From NCBI GenBank assembly GCA_002633005.1, contig NMRA01000032.1:1403999-1467998 (forward strand): a stretch of DNA of 64,000 bases, read 5' to 3'. Shown here in pieces: positions 14,001 through 40,000 of this stretch. The notes beneath the pieces are model-generated. The model worked only from the letters and a program-made list of their open reading frames with translations. It had not been told where the DNA came from and did no database searches. A program made the translations under genes and the position numbers. The number at the start of each line of letters is the position of its first letter. Position 1 is the first letter of the stretch. The stretch comes from Phoronis australis. Its lineage: Eukaryota > Animalia > Phoronida.

Positions 14001-14152
14001 GGTAGTAGTTACATACACTCAAACCTACTGTTTCCTCGGCGACACTTACATTCTGGTGTGTCATCAGCATGAACAGTTTTGTTGGCAACAGCAAAAGCAC
14101 TACAAACACCAACGGATGAAATACCAACAATCTTCAAGATGTTCCTGGCCAT
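8044..14152 (-). CDS. ACP6: Lysophosphatidic acid phosphatase type 6 (histidine acid phosphatase), 5' portion; 3' exons not in window
   Basis: Phase-consistent coding exons: 14152-14050, 13534-13410, 12625-12494, 12127-11997, 10445-10357, 8768-8610, 8120-8044 (816 nt, 272 codons). The translation contains the catalytic VQVFFRHGARTP motif plus [46 protein letters not shown] and EILFPN, colinear with vertebrate ACP6 as recalled. One GC-AG intron. A probable non-coding first exon ends at 15827 (AAG|GTAAAG). Confidence 0.92.
9747..9807. repeat. Tandem duplication, 31-bp period, 2 copies
   Basis: tagcagctatgcgtacattctcagag at 9747 and 9778. Confidence 0.85.
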
Positions 14153-14279
14153 TTGAAGATCAGAGTAACTGAAAATTACAAGGCATCATCAATTGAATAT
14201 GAAGTAAACAAGAAAATTCTCTTTTAAAAATAACTTGGACCTTAAGGACTTGTCGGTGAATTTAGTCAAACATGTACAA

Positions 14280-14775
14280 AACTTTATAGGATTTCACAGT
14301 AAAAGTGTGTTCTACATTTTCTGAAAGTAGACAGCAGGTAGAATTTGATTTTTGAATTAATACCAATTTGCTATTAAATGTATCATGTGACCATGTCAAT
14401 TTAGTAGAAAGTGGCAAAAAGAAAGATACATCCATAGAAAAACAATGGTATTAACAAAATGACCAAATTTCGTTCGATAAAAATGTTCAAGATGAAATAT
14501 CAAAAGCGCTGTTACAGTTTACCAAATTAACATTTCGTTTTCATTTTCTTCAACTTTTAGGTTTTTTCATAAAAATCATTTGAGTCCTATTTTTGATAGT
14601 GCCAGTCAGGAAAAAAAGGAAACTTTTAAAAACAATTCCTAACAGGATTTTTGAGAACAGTGCATAAAGCATGGTATCTGAAAAATTCACATGAATCCGG
14701 TCAGTCACTTCTGAGATATGATGTTCTGAAGTTTGTCAAATTTGTCCATTTTTGAAGGTCCCGCATAACCTTTAA
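14280..14775. mobile_element. Degenerate non-autonomous DNA transposon (ends ...cataacctTTAA; possibly Kolobok-like)
   Basis: Shares blocks such as tacattttctgaaagtaga, caagatgaaatatcaaaa and catttctgagatat with 59410-59850 and with fragments near 20470-20560, 29750-29990 and 34270-34337. The superfamily assignment is inferred only from the TTAA/AGG terminus. Confidence 0.55.
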
Positions 14776-15826
14776 CAAAGAAGTTGATGATGTCAACTTT
14801 TGCTTTTGGAATTGCATCAAGCACAAGTTACAGCAATTGTCAAGTCTTACAAACACAGCTTTGGTGCTAAAACCGTAATTAAAAGGTCTATAACATCAGG
14901 AATCAAGACGGTTGTTCTCAGTAATCTTTGTATGTTTAATGAACTTTGCCTGAAAGAAAATGCTTTACCGAAATAACACCCGAGAGAGCTATTCTCAAAG
15001 GTGAAAGTGAAGGCTTATGCACTGGTTTTGTGACGTATATATAGTATAGGGTCTCTAAATAAACAGGACCGAATACTGACCTCAGTGCAGAACAATAGTA
15101 GAATAAAGACTGAACCTGAAGTCAATACAAGACCATTAGTTTACAAAATGCAATCCTCTACTTCACTGATGCATGGTTAATAATCAGTCACTCAGGGGGA
15201 AGCAAGTCACTTTTCTATCTTTGTCAATGATGAAACAACAACTGAAGACACACCTTCACAGCTAGCTGGCTGGCTAAACTCAATCCTTACTCAATGAAGG
15301 AATGAAATAAAATGCAGGTTAACTCTGGGCAATAGCAGTCCTTAATTAGGAGAAACAGAATTATCCTCTGAAAAATGGGTGCTCAATTCAGCGACTGTCT
15401 GGTTCTGAGACCGCAATGGCGCTATATTCGTCACATTGTCAAACTCCAGCGAATGGGGAACTGTTGTAATTCACTAGGTCAGTAGGTAATCACGTGGGTA
15501 ATTTATAACATGAACATGCTGATCAGCTGCTTTTGGCTCTCAATATATGCAGATGTCAAAAAGAGAAAAAGGCAACCACCTGCAGATTATCGAGTCGGCC
15601 CGGTACCGTGTAAATCAAATGTAACTTGCGTAAGATTGATTTGCAGTCGATTTCCAGTCAATTTTTTTTTTGTCAATATCATGCGTCAAAACTCCAGCTT
15701 AAAAAGTTAAAAGTTGTATCACGTGTAATCCTCTTCTCTTAACGCACGCACAGCAACAAATCGATACAACATTTGGAAAACAGATGAATATTAAGCCAAC
15801 ATTAACGTGCTCACTTTGCACTTTAC

Positions 15827-15959
15827 CTTGGAAAATCCTTGAAACATTAATTACAGCGACCTCTCATGTCAAGTCAGATATTTATTTCCGGGTCAGGTCA
15901 ATCGCTTTAGGGCCAGGAACGTGTAACTTTTACCGAGCTGCTGCAAGTTGTTGAACGAA
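15827..15959. promoter_or_regulatory. Putative compact bidirectional promoter shared by ACP6 (-) and ASL (+)
   Basis: A minus-strand splice donor at 15826 (probable ACP6 non-coding exon 1) is only ~133 bp from the ASL ATG at 15960. The interval contains TTTCCGGGTCAGGTCA (ETS-like core plus AGGTCA half-site). Confidence 0.55.
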
Positions 15960-30329
<14,370 letters not shown>

Positions 30330-32106
30330 CATGAATATGCCACTACTCCTTAGTGCAATATGCTGCCAAAAGGAGCGCTGATACAACTTGACAAATGTCT
30401 GTTGAGACACACTGGGAAACAGCCATTTATGCTGTTGAGGAATGTGTCAATAAATATACCTATATCTGCAACATTTTAAAAATGGCTGGGCTGAAGCATT
30501 CCATTTTTACATTTTAATTCATTTGGTGAATTGGTTTGTACAGTGGAGCCTACTGAATGTCATACAGTCGGTTTGGATGTAAATTATTATAATGAGCTGA
30601 GTATTTCGTTAAGTGGATTTTGATGTGGCAGTGATCGTAACCACTGTTATAAGCAAATCCTATGAAGTAGAGTAAAATGGATAAACAGGAAACAACTGAT
30701 TTGTACCCTCGGCATCGTGATCCAGTGAGGCAAATAAATTTATTTAAGGTAAATTGGGTTAGTTTTTAGACTGTTAAAGCAAAAGTACTCATGGTACATG
30801 GTAATAAGCAGGTGAGAATCAGTTTTGATGATTTTTTAACGACACTATTTCGGAATATGACAATAAATCATGAGAGTATGCGGACTATTAGTTTTAATGG
30901 GAAATGATTTGTATTTTGACATTTTATGGCAATATCCAGGATATTTTATTATCAGGTATGACATTAAGTGGGCTCCAGTGTATGTCATGTGAAGCTTGGT
31001 CAAGATGTCTGGTTTGGCTCCTTACATATTGCATTGTGGGTCTACTGTGCCTTGGAATGGTACGTTAAATCATGACTGTCCACACTTGAGGTTTTACAGG
31101 TGTATAAACTAGGTACTTAGTGGGAAACAAGCAGTGCTAAATGTTGTTATGAAATGTATGCGACTGTATAATGTCCTGTAAAGTGCAGGGGTTGCTTATA
31201 AGCTTGCCAAGTTAATAAAACAGTTCTATCTTCTATTAAAAACTAATATTTAAAAAGCATCGCTTTCAGCAAACATGTGCAAATACATCTCTACTGTCAA
31301 TTACTGCCTAGATTTATAGTCAACTGTTATAAATTATGCTAGAGGTCAGACATTTTGATGCATCATAAACAGATGAATGTAGGTTTTCATTTTCAAAACA
31401 AGGTGCGTCTTTCAAATAAGAAGAGATTACTGCATTTGATGTAATCTGACTTGTGCATCAGTGATGTTCCATTTTGTTGCAGCTTACATTTTGTTTCTTA
31501 CGTGTGGGACAACCTCTTCCAAGGTTCCATATAGAAGAATTTTGTTATGATGACTAATATCAGGAAGAGATAACCAGATAAGGTTATGTCTTCCTGCTAA
31601 TATGTTTATATGCAGTTACATGGTGCACATGGTAAAATTTCAAATTTGGTATAAAAATAATTGCTAAAATTGCCACATTTCTATTTTCAGAGGATTTCCA
31701 CATTGTTACAAAATTGCTCAAAATATTTACCAAATGGTGTATGGCAATACCTATGCCATATAACCCATGCTAAAAGCAAAGTGAATTTCCCTGGAAAGTT
31801 ATTTTTGTTGAAAAATTGTGACGAACTGAAATTCCACCCGTCGGACACATTGTGTCCCAAACTGAAATTTTTTTTACCCTAGTGAGTTACACATTGGTAA
31901 CATAGCCAGACACATCAAGTCAGAGCCACACAAGCTAAGCTTTAAGTTCAACGCACTTTGCGTTTCCCGTAAGTTGGATTTCACAATACTCCGACAATAT
32001 CAGTTGGATAAAAATTGTGTTATACTGCATGCTTTCAAACCAGTGTGGTTTTCGATTAACACTGGGTAATTATTAAAAGACAAAAGATTGTTCAGGAAAG
32101 ATAACT

Positions 32107-32357
32107 CAGGGCTTGGAATTTTCCTCTTTTAAGAGGATTTCCTCTTTTTTGGTTACGATTTCTTCTTATTTGATTCCTATTTTCCTCTTCTTTTTGTTAT
32201 TTTTTGTCATTTTTGATTTTACCCATGCAAAAACATCTATTTCAGTTGAATTTTACAACACAAAAAAACATTTCACACATCAAGCCTGTTTATTTGTGGA
32301 ACGATTCTTCACCTGGAAATTTTTCCTCTTTTTTGTTATCTGTCATTCCAAGCCCTG
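32107..32357. mobile_element. MITE with 13-bp TIR CAGGGCTTGGAAT and 6-bp TSD ATAACT
   Basis: ataact|cagggcttggaat...attccaagccctg|ataact; internal tttcctctttt sub-repeats. Confidence 0.85.
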
Positions 32358-32850
32358 ATAACTTCAAGTAAATTTGTTTAAAGAAATCCACAGAAACATT
32401 TTACTTAATTATTTTTATTTCAATGAGCATTAGGTAAATACAATTATAGATAACATTACTGCCAAAATCGAATTAACAAAAAACATTCGCTCCATTTGTG
32501 TATTATTAGTTGAAGTTCACAAAAATACCAAAGTTGAAGATTTCAGGACACAACACTGACATGTAAGCTTGATGTGGGTATAATGACATTGGAAATGCAA
32601 ATTTTTGATGTTGATAATATTGACACTACCAATGAGAGCTTACAGTAAATTATTCCAACTACACTCGATCCTCCAGATCCTGAAAAATATCTTTAAATTC
32701 CAAGACTACGACATCGAACTAAAATTTACTGATATTTTCGTTACTATTCCAGGCCCATTAACACTGCAAACCATATTTAATACAAATATATTTGTAGCTG
32801 TTGCAACAGAAAGACAGATGGGAGGGTTGGGTTGCAACAACCAAGTAGTA

Positions 32851-32912
32851 ACAATACAACAAAACAAAATGTAGCATACAATACAACAAAACAAGATGTA
32901 GCATACAATACA
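32851..32912. repeat. Tandem duplication, ~27-bp period
   Basis: caatacaacaaaacaa(a/g)atgtagcata repeated twice plus a partial copy. Confidence 0.75.
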
Positions 32913-33109
32913 AATACGATAACAAAAAGACAGGATATCCTGAAATTAAGTTTAAATATTCTTATATTTATTATAATTTAAAAGAAAAGGACAATACAAT
33001 AAAACAGTGTTTAAAAACACCCCTCCCGCATACAATGGCAAGTACAACGCCATCTTTAAAACCATCGTTTTGATTCACGTGTGAGGAGAACTCATCATTT
33101 TGGTTCTTT

Positions 33110-33321
33110 TCTAAGCACTGCCCCAGAAATCACTTTCGCATTATATCCAAGGCAGGTTCTCATCCACTCCCTTGCTTACAGTCTCTAGTAAGACCGAGCT
33201 ACGAGGAGTAGGAGACACTTTTGTGCAAAGCTCAATCGTCTGCCAGTGAAGCCAGGATTCGAACCCAGGTCTCCGAAACGGGAGCGTGGAGCACAAACCG
33301 CTAAGCCACAATGTCTCCTCA
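33110..33321 (-). mobile_element. tRNA-derived SINE, apparently full length, 13-bp TSD
   Basis: The minus strand has A box TGGCTTAGCGG and B box GGTTCGAATCC at tRNA spacing. Flanked by the exact direct repeat ATTTTGGTTCTTT at 33097-33109 and 33322-33334. Confidence 0.88.
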
Positions 33322-34081
33322 ATTTTGGTTCTTTAATAAGGCAAGTACTTCCTAATTAAACACGACAACACCATGAATCAAACGGAGTTCATTGATTGGT
33401 TCAACCACAAGATTCAAGACACTGTGTGCTTTAGAGCCAGAATATTTCAATCCGCTCCACTGAGCACAGCTATAAATTAAAATGGTCAACAGGATAATTA
33501 TCTGATTATATTACAATTAAATTAATTTTTCAACAAGTTACATTAATATCAAATAACAAAGGATGAAACTGTCTGATGACGCAAATTGATCTTTTACGGT
33601 TTTTACAACGTAGTCATGTCGATTGTGGGACAATAAATATTCAAACGGTCACAAAAAAATTAATATTGATAATCTGTCGATGCATAACAACCCCAATTCT
33701 GGAGAAAATTGCAGGTAAATCGAATGACTTACTGACATTCCAAGTTGAAGGTAATTTTTGGTAAAACTGAATGTTCTAAAACATTGCCTAAATCTCCATT
33801 AAATTTTGCAAAAGATAAGGTACATTTTCCCTGTAATTTCATTTTGCACCTTCAAACTTCTCCATTTTAAAAACCATAAAAAGCCTACTAGACAATCAAT
33901 TGCAATTTACTCTGAAAATCACTTCAAAAATAAATAACTTTCATCAGGATGTAACTTACATAAAATTCCTTGCACAAAAACTGCAGCAAACTGCAAATTA
34001 GTTTGAAAAAAGTCGCAGAAAAACATAACAGATCAAGCTCTTTAACAGATCGATATTTTAGGTGTGGACTCCTTTATTGCA

Positions 34082-37000
34082 CTAACCACTGGCGAGAGGC
34101 CGACTTATGTTGTTATTAGTGGTCAGACTCTTCAGCTCCAAACTGTAAAATACAACAACATGTTAGAAACTGATTTAGCTTGATAGACAACACGTAAGGC
34201 TATGCAGGATTTAATCAACTAGTCTACATTCAACATTTCAGCATTTTAGAGAACTAAGTATAAAACGTAATCTGAAAGTTTCATGTGAACGAGATCAGAC
34301 GTTTCTTAGAATCCAAAGTTAGCCTACATAACATTAAATTGTTTTGTCTTCTTCCTCTGACATTCAGGATTAAGCATATGCAATGAATTTCACCAAAAGA
34401 GGGTGCCAGGAAAGATCAGTGTTCAACATTTGATCATGTTTCACATTGAAAATCGAAATAACTTCATACATCAGAAGACGACAACTGTTGAATTAAAGTT
34501 GTAAATTGTAAATAATAAGCACATTGTTTTGATGTTTTTCATTTTGGTTAGCCTAATATACACTCGGCTTGATTTGTGTGATGAGTAAATTGACTGGTAC
34601 CTCAAATCTCTGGGAAGACAACTCCAGTCCAGCTTATTTTCTATGACCACCAACTGACACAGTGACTTTAGAGACGCAGCTAAAACAAAAAGTTTCATTA
34701 CAAAGATTATCCACTCAAAAATAGCATCCTAATCTCACAAACTCTTGATTCACTATATAACAGGGATGGCCAGTGACAAGAGTTGTTTGAAAAGTCACAG
34801 GTAATATTTATTTAGAAACAGCACAACCAAATGAAATAAATAGTTTTATTTAAAAAAAAAGTATGTTGAAATCAATTTAAAGGCCGGATATCAACGATAA
34901 TTACACAAAACGCTATACATCAAATCTTTTCCAAGAGACAAATGTAATTTTTGAAACAATTTCTAACCTCACATTTTAACCATGAATGTATTCGACGCAA
35001 TATGCAGAAAATTACGAGTCGTTACTTATAAACTTACTTGAGATAAAAGGGCAATGTTTCGCCAGCATCTGCATGCTTTTTCAGTAACGGCTCATAATTT
35101 TTCAGCATATTACTCGTGCTGAATAAGTAATAACACACATCGGTTTACTGTAGTTGACAACTTCTATTACCTGCAAATTAACATCGCGGACTTGTTTCAA
35201 GACCTTTCATGATGATCAGGGGCGGATCCAGGATTATGACTTAGGAGAGGCCAGGGCAGAGTATTAGCCAGGATTTTACCTGTCAGACATTTGCACCCCC
35301 GAACTGCCAAATGAAATCTGGGAGAATTTCGGGGGGGGGGGCATGGACCCTTGGTTCCCCTTCTAAATCCGCCACTGATGATCAACATTAAATTAACACT
35401 TCTATTGACTTTATCCACTCAGGTATGTCTATAAAAACCCGGACTTTAGGACAGATAATTAAGTTGTACTACTGTGAAATATTGATAGGTGGCACACACA
35501 CACAGCCATTGCATGAGAGTATTACATGAGAGTGTAATATTGATCTTTTCACGGAGGTTTTTCAGTGCTAAGCGATCACGTCAACAAGCAGAAATTGCAT
35601 GGACATTGAAGCAATAACAAAATATGATCGATGATTTTGAAGATTTTCGTAAGCAGATGACTACGATGAATAGGAAGGTGAGCGGGAATGTTTAGACACA
35701 CTTGTCGGCCATATTGTCTGCCAAACAAGAGAAGAATAACCATACAATGACAACAAGATCATGATTATTACGATATCCAAAATTTGGTAAAAGTTCTAAA
35801 TTAAAACAGACTGGAATGAGTCAACCAGTGAGACCACAAGAAATTGTCCTTGTTTCGAACTCACTTTTGGGATAAACAAGTTTGTATTCTGCTGTTTAGT
35901 GTCAAATGGAAGTGGAATGCAAGACACTTACCAAAGTCCAGAACATAGAGATCGGAGAGATCTGTGAGATCGTAGTCACCATATTGGTTGGGACTAGGAC
36001 TGTAACAACACATACATGCAAAACTGGTAATTTCACACAGTTACACCATTCAGCAATTCTGCAGTAAACAAAAATTCCATTATTACAAATTTTGCAGCAA
36101 CTAATTAATAAGGCATATGTAATTCACCAATTCACAATGTTTAAACGAGACAGACTTTAAGATCCATAAATCTCCCTTCTCCAACAGAAATGCCAGTTTC
36201 AACACATGACACAGTAATTTATTATGGACAACTAGACATAATTACCATGCAGACATTTTTAAAATTTTCAAAAATTGTCAAAATATTTGTAATTTAGTTA
36301 CGAGTAACAAAATAAAGTCCTTGTAAAGATAAAATGTTAATTCTCGGCTGGCGCATATGGGAATGTGTGCATGCGCGTGAATGAAACACTCACCTGGTGC
36401 CACCAAACAGGTACATCCTCTGTCCAATCACACAACAGCACTGTCGCCTCCGTCTACAGGGTCCCTCCCCATGCGCCGAGAACTTAGACCAGACCATCCT
36501 GACTGAAATGTACCCAACAAGAGCGGTCACTGAGGCGAAGTTGGGAAATGCACTCACAAGATGTGTACCGAATCACTGGAGATAAGATGTTACTAGTACT
36601 AAATTACGAAGGTTATTTATTTTCATTTCATATTTTTCATTATTTTTATACGTTTTTATTTTTTGTAAATGGCAAAGGTTGGTCAGGAGGATAAACTCAA
36701 CAGTAACTACCTACTTAACTTATTAGTGGTGCAGGTCACACAATTTCTCAAAGAAAGAAAATGTAAATGTGACTGTATCGAAGAAAAGTAACCAAGGTCA
36801 CATACTAATTGTTTTAATTAATATACTGCTGCCATACAAATGTAACTATAACGGCAACTGGAGATTTGAGACTCACTGGGGTGTGGATACAGTGAGTGTT
36901 TGCCTGTAGAAGGCTGAGAGTTTCATATGGCACACTGAATGCATGCATTTATACACAATACATAAAACGCATTCCAAAATAATATGAGATTTTCACAAAG

Positions 37001-40000
37001 TCTCAAAAAATTTTTTCACTCAATTCAATTGAAAGTGGGAGCAATAGATAGCCTTTTTAGTTGTGATAACATTTCAAAATTTACTTTGGCAAAATGAGCT
37101 TTTAATTAGCTGTAATTAACGTTTGAAAACTCACGTTCCATGTGACAAAGGGCATTTCTCACATGGAATATTGCATTCTCACATGTGACATTTGAATGTT
37201 CCATGTGAGATTTTTTGAGTTGTGCCATGTTACAAATAGAAATGGTACATGGCACAAACACTATNTTCCATGTGAGAAATGCCCTTTGTCACATGGAACG
37301 TGAGTTTTCAAACGTTAATTACAGCTAATTAAAAGCTCATTTTGCCAAAGTAAATTTTGAAATGACATCACAACTAAAAAGACTATCTATTGCACCCACT
37401 TTCAATTGAATTGAGTGAAAAAAATTTTTGAGACTTTGTGAAAATCTCATATTATTTTGGAATGCGTTATAAATAAGACTGGGGATTCACTAGTGCCACC
37501 TGGTGGACTGCCAGCATCAAGCAGCTTTTGATTTTTAATTGAATGTAAAACCAGTGCTGCACTTGTACAGCATACGATATCTTACCTGGATCAAACCTGT
37601 AAAAGTCACCATAATGTTGATCAAGCACTCCATTGTATCCACCGAAAACATACAGATGTTGGCCATATACAACTAGAAAAAAGCAAAAACTTGACTTTGG
37701 TTCTTGTAACAAAAAGCATTTCAAGCAATAACTAAAAAAATCAAATGTGCATTAAAGACTATCAATGCATTTTTGCAATCGGTTCTTCCATTAACTATTT
37801 TCTGCAGCAGCTGCTAATTTCGTTCTGAAACCACTATCACACTAGTATTTAAGATTCCCGAACAAGCTCTACAAATACATCACAATACATCCCCAAGTGT
37901 CGGTTCATCACATGATGCACAAGGTCAATAGTGTTATGGAGAGGTATTTTTGTAAAAACAGAAACAAAACAGTCAGTGTTTACGTTTCACAAGTTTGCCC
38001 ATAACCCTAATCTTGTGGGTTTTGATATTTGAAATATTAAATGGAGATTTGTTCTGTGACAGAGAATTTGGGATAGAAAACGTAAAATAGGCAGAAAATC
38101 GGACGCACTGATGGCCTTTAAGCAAAACATAAAGTCAATATCTAACTTTCCTTTGTATGGGTATAAACAACAAAACCCAAATGAGCTCAATTACATATGA
38201 TAACAATAAAAAGTGAGAAATTGTTAAATGACCAGAGTTTTCATGTGCAATATGTGTCTATCACCTAGGTTCATGAGGTATATCATCGTTAATAAATCTT
38301 ATAAGCAAATCAAGATAAGTAGAGTCTCAAGAGTAAGAATTACAGGAAATGACAGCATCGAGATATGATGACAGAGATAAATGAATTCATGATGAATTAG
38401 GATGCTAATAATGGGTGATAATCAATTTTTCTGATTTTTTAATAACAATGTGCGGGAAGATGACAATAAATCATTACATTATGTGAGTTACTTAAAATGG
38501 ATTTAATGGGAGCTAATTCTTTTTTTGACATTTCATGGCAATAACAGGGATATTCTATAAAGCAATATGACATTAAGCGTGTTCCACTGTACAAAAAGAT
38601 TATGATAAACAACATGACATGTACAAGTAAACTTAATACCTACAAGCAGAATGGCTTCTCCGACCCACTGGGACATCGCCCGACACTGCAGGTTCATGCC
38701 ACGTACTGGTGATCGTATTAAACAGCTGTATCTTGTTACAGTAGACTTCGTTGTTAGTGTGTATTGGGCCTGCCATGTCTCCACGACCACCAAACACGAT
38801 CATGTAATCACCAAAAGATGTCGCCGAGTGGAAATCCCGCCAACTGATTTTATTGTTCTGAAAAACAAAGACTTCATGATCAATGCCATCTCCACTTATT
38901 TCACACACATTATGGGCGACAAAAGACATTCTATTTGTCAAATATCTCCAAATTTAACGTAAAGGTTAAAAAATTTATTAGACTACTGTCAGCAACTATT
39001 TTTGTTCAAAATCAGTGGAGAATTACTACATTAAGAGTCACTTTAAACTCGACACAAATTCTGGTGTGCAAGTTCAAAACTAGTGGATCAGATACAATTA
39101 ATTTCCAGACAAAAGTTCATTAAGTCACTGAGCCAGCCCACATCGAGCTACAGTAACAATTCTCCATTTTGGGATAGCGAAAAATTAATTATTTTGTTCA
39201 AGGTCAGAGTTTATACCAAATTTTAAAACTAGGGAACATGGGCCGGTCCAAACTAAAAAAATATGATGAACGACAAACGATCAGTCACCTTGATGTTACA
39301 TACTACGAGGACACGACAAAACATTGCATCTATTTTTGATGATTTTATGAACTGCCAAGTCTATTTTCAGACCGTGTTGATACAATATGCATCGTCCGAT
39401 GCTTGAGAAATTTGATGAACGCCTAAATCATCCATGCCCCAATCTCCAGAATCAACAAAATTCTAATTCAGCTTGAATTTCGGTGTCCCAAATTCTACAT
39501 ATTGTCCCAAACTAGAGAAATATTACCGTAAGTTGCTTCCACCATCTAAACTTCCAACTTACTGTCCTGAGATCAGCCTTCACATTCAGCGACAGCGATA
39601 TGTTACTTTTAATCTCAGAAAATATACTAGATGAAAGACCAACACCTTACAGGTAGTTAATGGGTCATAGTGCATGTCCTGCTTTCAGGATGAAAACAAT
39701 GCACATCCTGGTGTCAGGATGGAGGAGATAGGTGATTAATGCTTCACATCACTAATGACGTTGTTCTACACAGGAAACTTCCGGTAACCAGATGAGGCCA
39801 ATTTTATAGCAGTAAGTCAAATAAAGCCAAACATGCGTGCGTCTATAAAGCCGCCTCCTGTCACAAAAAACAACTATTGATTAAACCACTCACCATCATA
39901 AAATTGGTCTCAAATTGTTTCTTGACCAAAATATGTGATTACTGAACTTTAAATGAACTGACAGAACCCATCCAAGTGAGGAACAAATAGAGACCAACTC

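Noticed and set aside
30732-30745. Second AATAAA palindrome (AAATAAATTTATTT) downstream of ASL
   Set aside because: It is one of several AATAAA candidates after the ASL stop and 3.3 kb from the KLHDC3 stop; a chance occurrence in AT-rich DNA is likely.
33240-33321. Possible tRNA gene
   Set aside because: A/B boxes are present, but the sequence continues into a ~140-bp body and is flanked by a 13-bp TSD, which fits a SINE. The similar head at 1300-1376 is too degenerate to be a tRNA.
37130-37300. CRISPR-like periodic short repeats
   Set aside because: The context is a eukaryotic intron, the motifs are only ~6 bp and occur in both orientations, and there are no cas genes. They are internal sub-repeats of a foldback element.
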